A DNA stretch of 64,000 nucleotides, taken from the IMG/VR virus record IMGVR_UViG_2706796489_000001, positions 17,542-81,541 of that record. One strand, 5' to 3'. This DNA comes from a virus (Duplodnaviria > Caudoviricetes). Of the stretch, positions 63,124 through 64,000 are shown in pieces. The position numbers and the translations under genes were made by a program. Under the pieces are notes generated by a model. It did not search any database. It had not been told where the DNA came from and was given only the letters and a program-made list of their open reading frames with translations. Every line of letters starts with the position of its first letter. The stretch's first letter is position 1.

Positions 63124-63825
63124 TTATGCCGTCACGGCCGCATCTTCAGCATGGACCGAGTAACCCATGTCCACGATGTGGGCCATCAGGGACTTGATGA
63201 ATACGGCGCGGTCATCGTCGCTCATGGCTTGCATCTGCGCGGCGATGGTTGCCGCGTAGGCCTCGGGGCCGGTGGCCGATGCGAGCGGGGCCACGTCTTC
63301 AACCACTTCGGGCGCTTGATCGGGGCCGGCCGTGGGCGCGGGCGGGGTAGCGGGCTTTTGCGCCTTTTCGCGCTTCGCATTGCCACCCGCAAAGCCGAAT
63401 TTGGTCCAAAGCGATTCAATGTCAGTCACGCCGACATGCCCCGTAAGCCACGCGCATACGGCCTTGATGGCGTCGGCCTGCGACAGGTCATGCAGGGCCG
63501 TCACATTCAGGCCGCGCTCCGCCGCGATGCACGCGATAGCTACCCCCTTTTCGGCGTACTTCTTGAACCGGGCGAAGAACTGGCCGCGCGCCTCATCGCG
63601 GGTCGCGTCGTCCATGGTCTCCCAGGCCTTGCCGTGCGTGGCCATGGCCGCATCCAGTTGCAGCGCCTTGCGCAGGTCGGCGGCGTAGCCGCGTTCATTG
63701 GCCTTGCCATCCAGCACGGCATGGGCGATGACGGCGGCGTAACCGCCCAGGTCGGCGCGCATGGCCTTGACGATAGCGGCGCGAGTGACCGAGATAGAAG
63801 TGGTCGGGGTAGCGGTCGTTTGCAT
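63124..63825 (-). CDS. Ala-rich hypothetical early protein
   Basis: SD AAAGGA; palindrome upstream. Confidence 0.75.
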   Translation of the reverse strand: MQTTATPTTSISVTRAAIVKAMRADLGGYAAVIAHAVLDGKANERGYAADLRKALQLDAAMATHGKAWETMDDATRDEARGQFFARFKKYAEKGVAIACIAAERGLNVTALHDLSQADAIKAVCAWLTGHVGVTDIESLWTKFGFAGGNAKREKAQKPATPPAPTAGPDQAPEVVEDVAPLASATGPEAYAATIAAQMQAMSDDDRAVFIKSLMAHIVDMGYSVHAEDAAVTA

Positions 63826-63847
63826 GGTGAAGTCCTTTAAGAGGTTT

Positions 63848-63862
63848 GGTTCGTAACGAACC
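63848..63862. repeat. Palindrome copy 10, GGTTCGT-A-ACGAACC
   Basis: 22 nt upstream of ATG 63825. Confidence 0.9.
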
Positions 63863-64000
63863 TTTGTAAACCGTAGGGGCGAAGTTGCCCCGGCCCTCCT
63901 GGGCCTGGCTACCAGGGAGACATTCCCCGATTGCTTAGGTATAAGTGTACCTAGCTTTTATGGGACGTGCAACCACATAAACCCCAGGATGTCAACCCCA

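Noticed and set aside
51454-63862. Palindromes as CRISPR repeats, integron attC sites or LexA boxes
   Set aside because: Spacing is irregular with whole genes between copies and there are no cas genes; there is no GTTRRRY core or integrase; the GTTC-N5-GAAC order and spacing do not match the LexA boxes I know
1-64000. Prophage or temperate lifestyle
   Set aside because: No integrase, att-like duplication, CI/Cro divergent switch or host genes in the window; cannot be excluded for the rest of the genome

Overview
A 64-kb, GC-rich segment of a large tailed dsDNA phage with a siphovirus-type (lambda-like M/L/K/I/J) tail tip. The host is probably a proteobacterium (inference). No integrase, CRISPR array or transposase is seen. 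There are three blocks. (1) 1-20253, + strand, late genes: tape measure with an internal lytic transglycosylase, tail tip, a tail fibre ending in an N-C/D-C cysteine repeat fused to a Hint domain, a radical SAM/SPASM enzyme, a lysis cassette (GH19 endolysin, two holin-like proteins, nested spanins) and appendage-like genes. (2) 20294-43251, - strand: an SGNH esterase, then nucleotide metabolism (dNMP kinase, ThyX, MazG-like, HD), Mre11/Rad50-like, ligase, PolA, 5'-3' exonuclease, SSB, SNF2 helicase and an HTH protein. (3) 43294-64000, - strand: an atypical tRNA-Lys(CUU), about 50 small early genes and an AT-rich non-coding region rich in repeats. The best candidate for an undescribed system is the tail fibre(Cys-repeat)-Hint / accessory protein / rSAM-SPASM operon, which looks like RiPP-style post-translational modification of a virion protein. 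Other highlights are a 185-nt three-way-junction structured element next to the SSB gene, ten copies of a 13-bp palindrome (GTTCGT-N-ACGAAC) confined to the early region and mostly just upstream of ribosome-binding sites, a second strand-specific leader motif (CAGCACACA), and a tRNA with a 16-nt insertion in its T-stem. All product calls come from reading motifs by eye; no database search was run.
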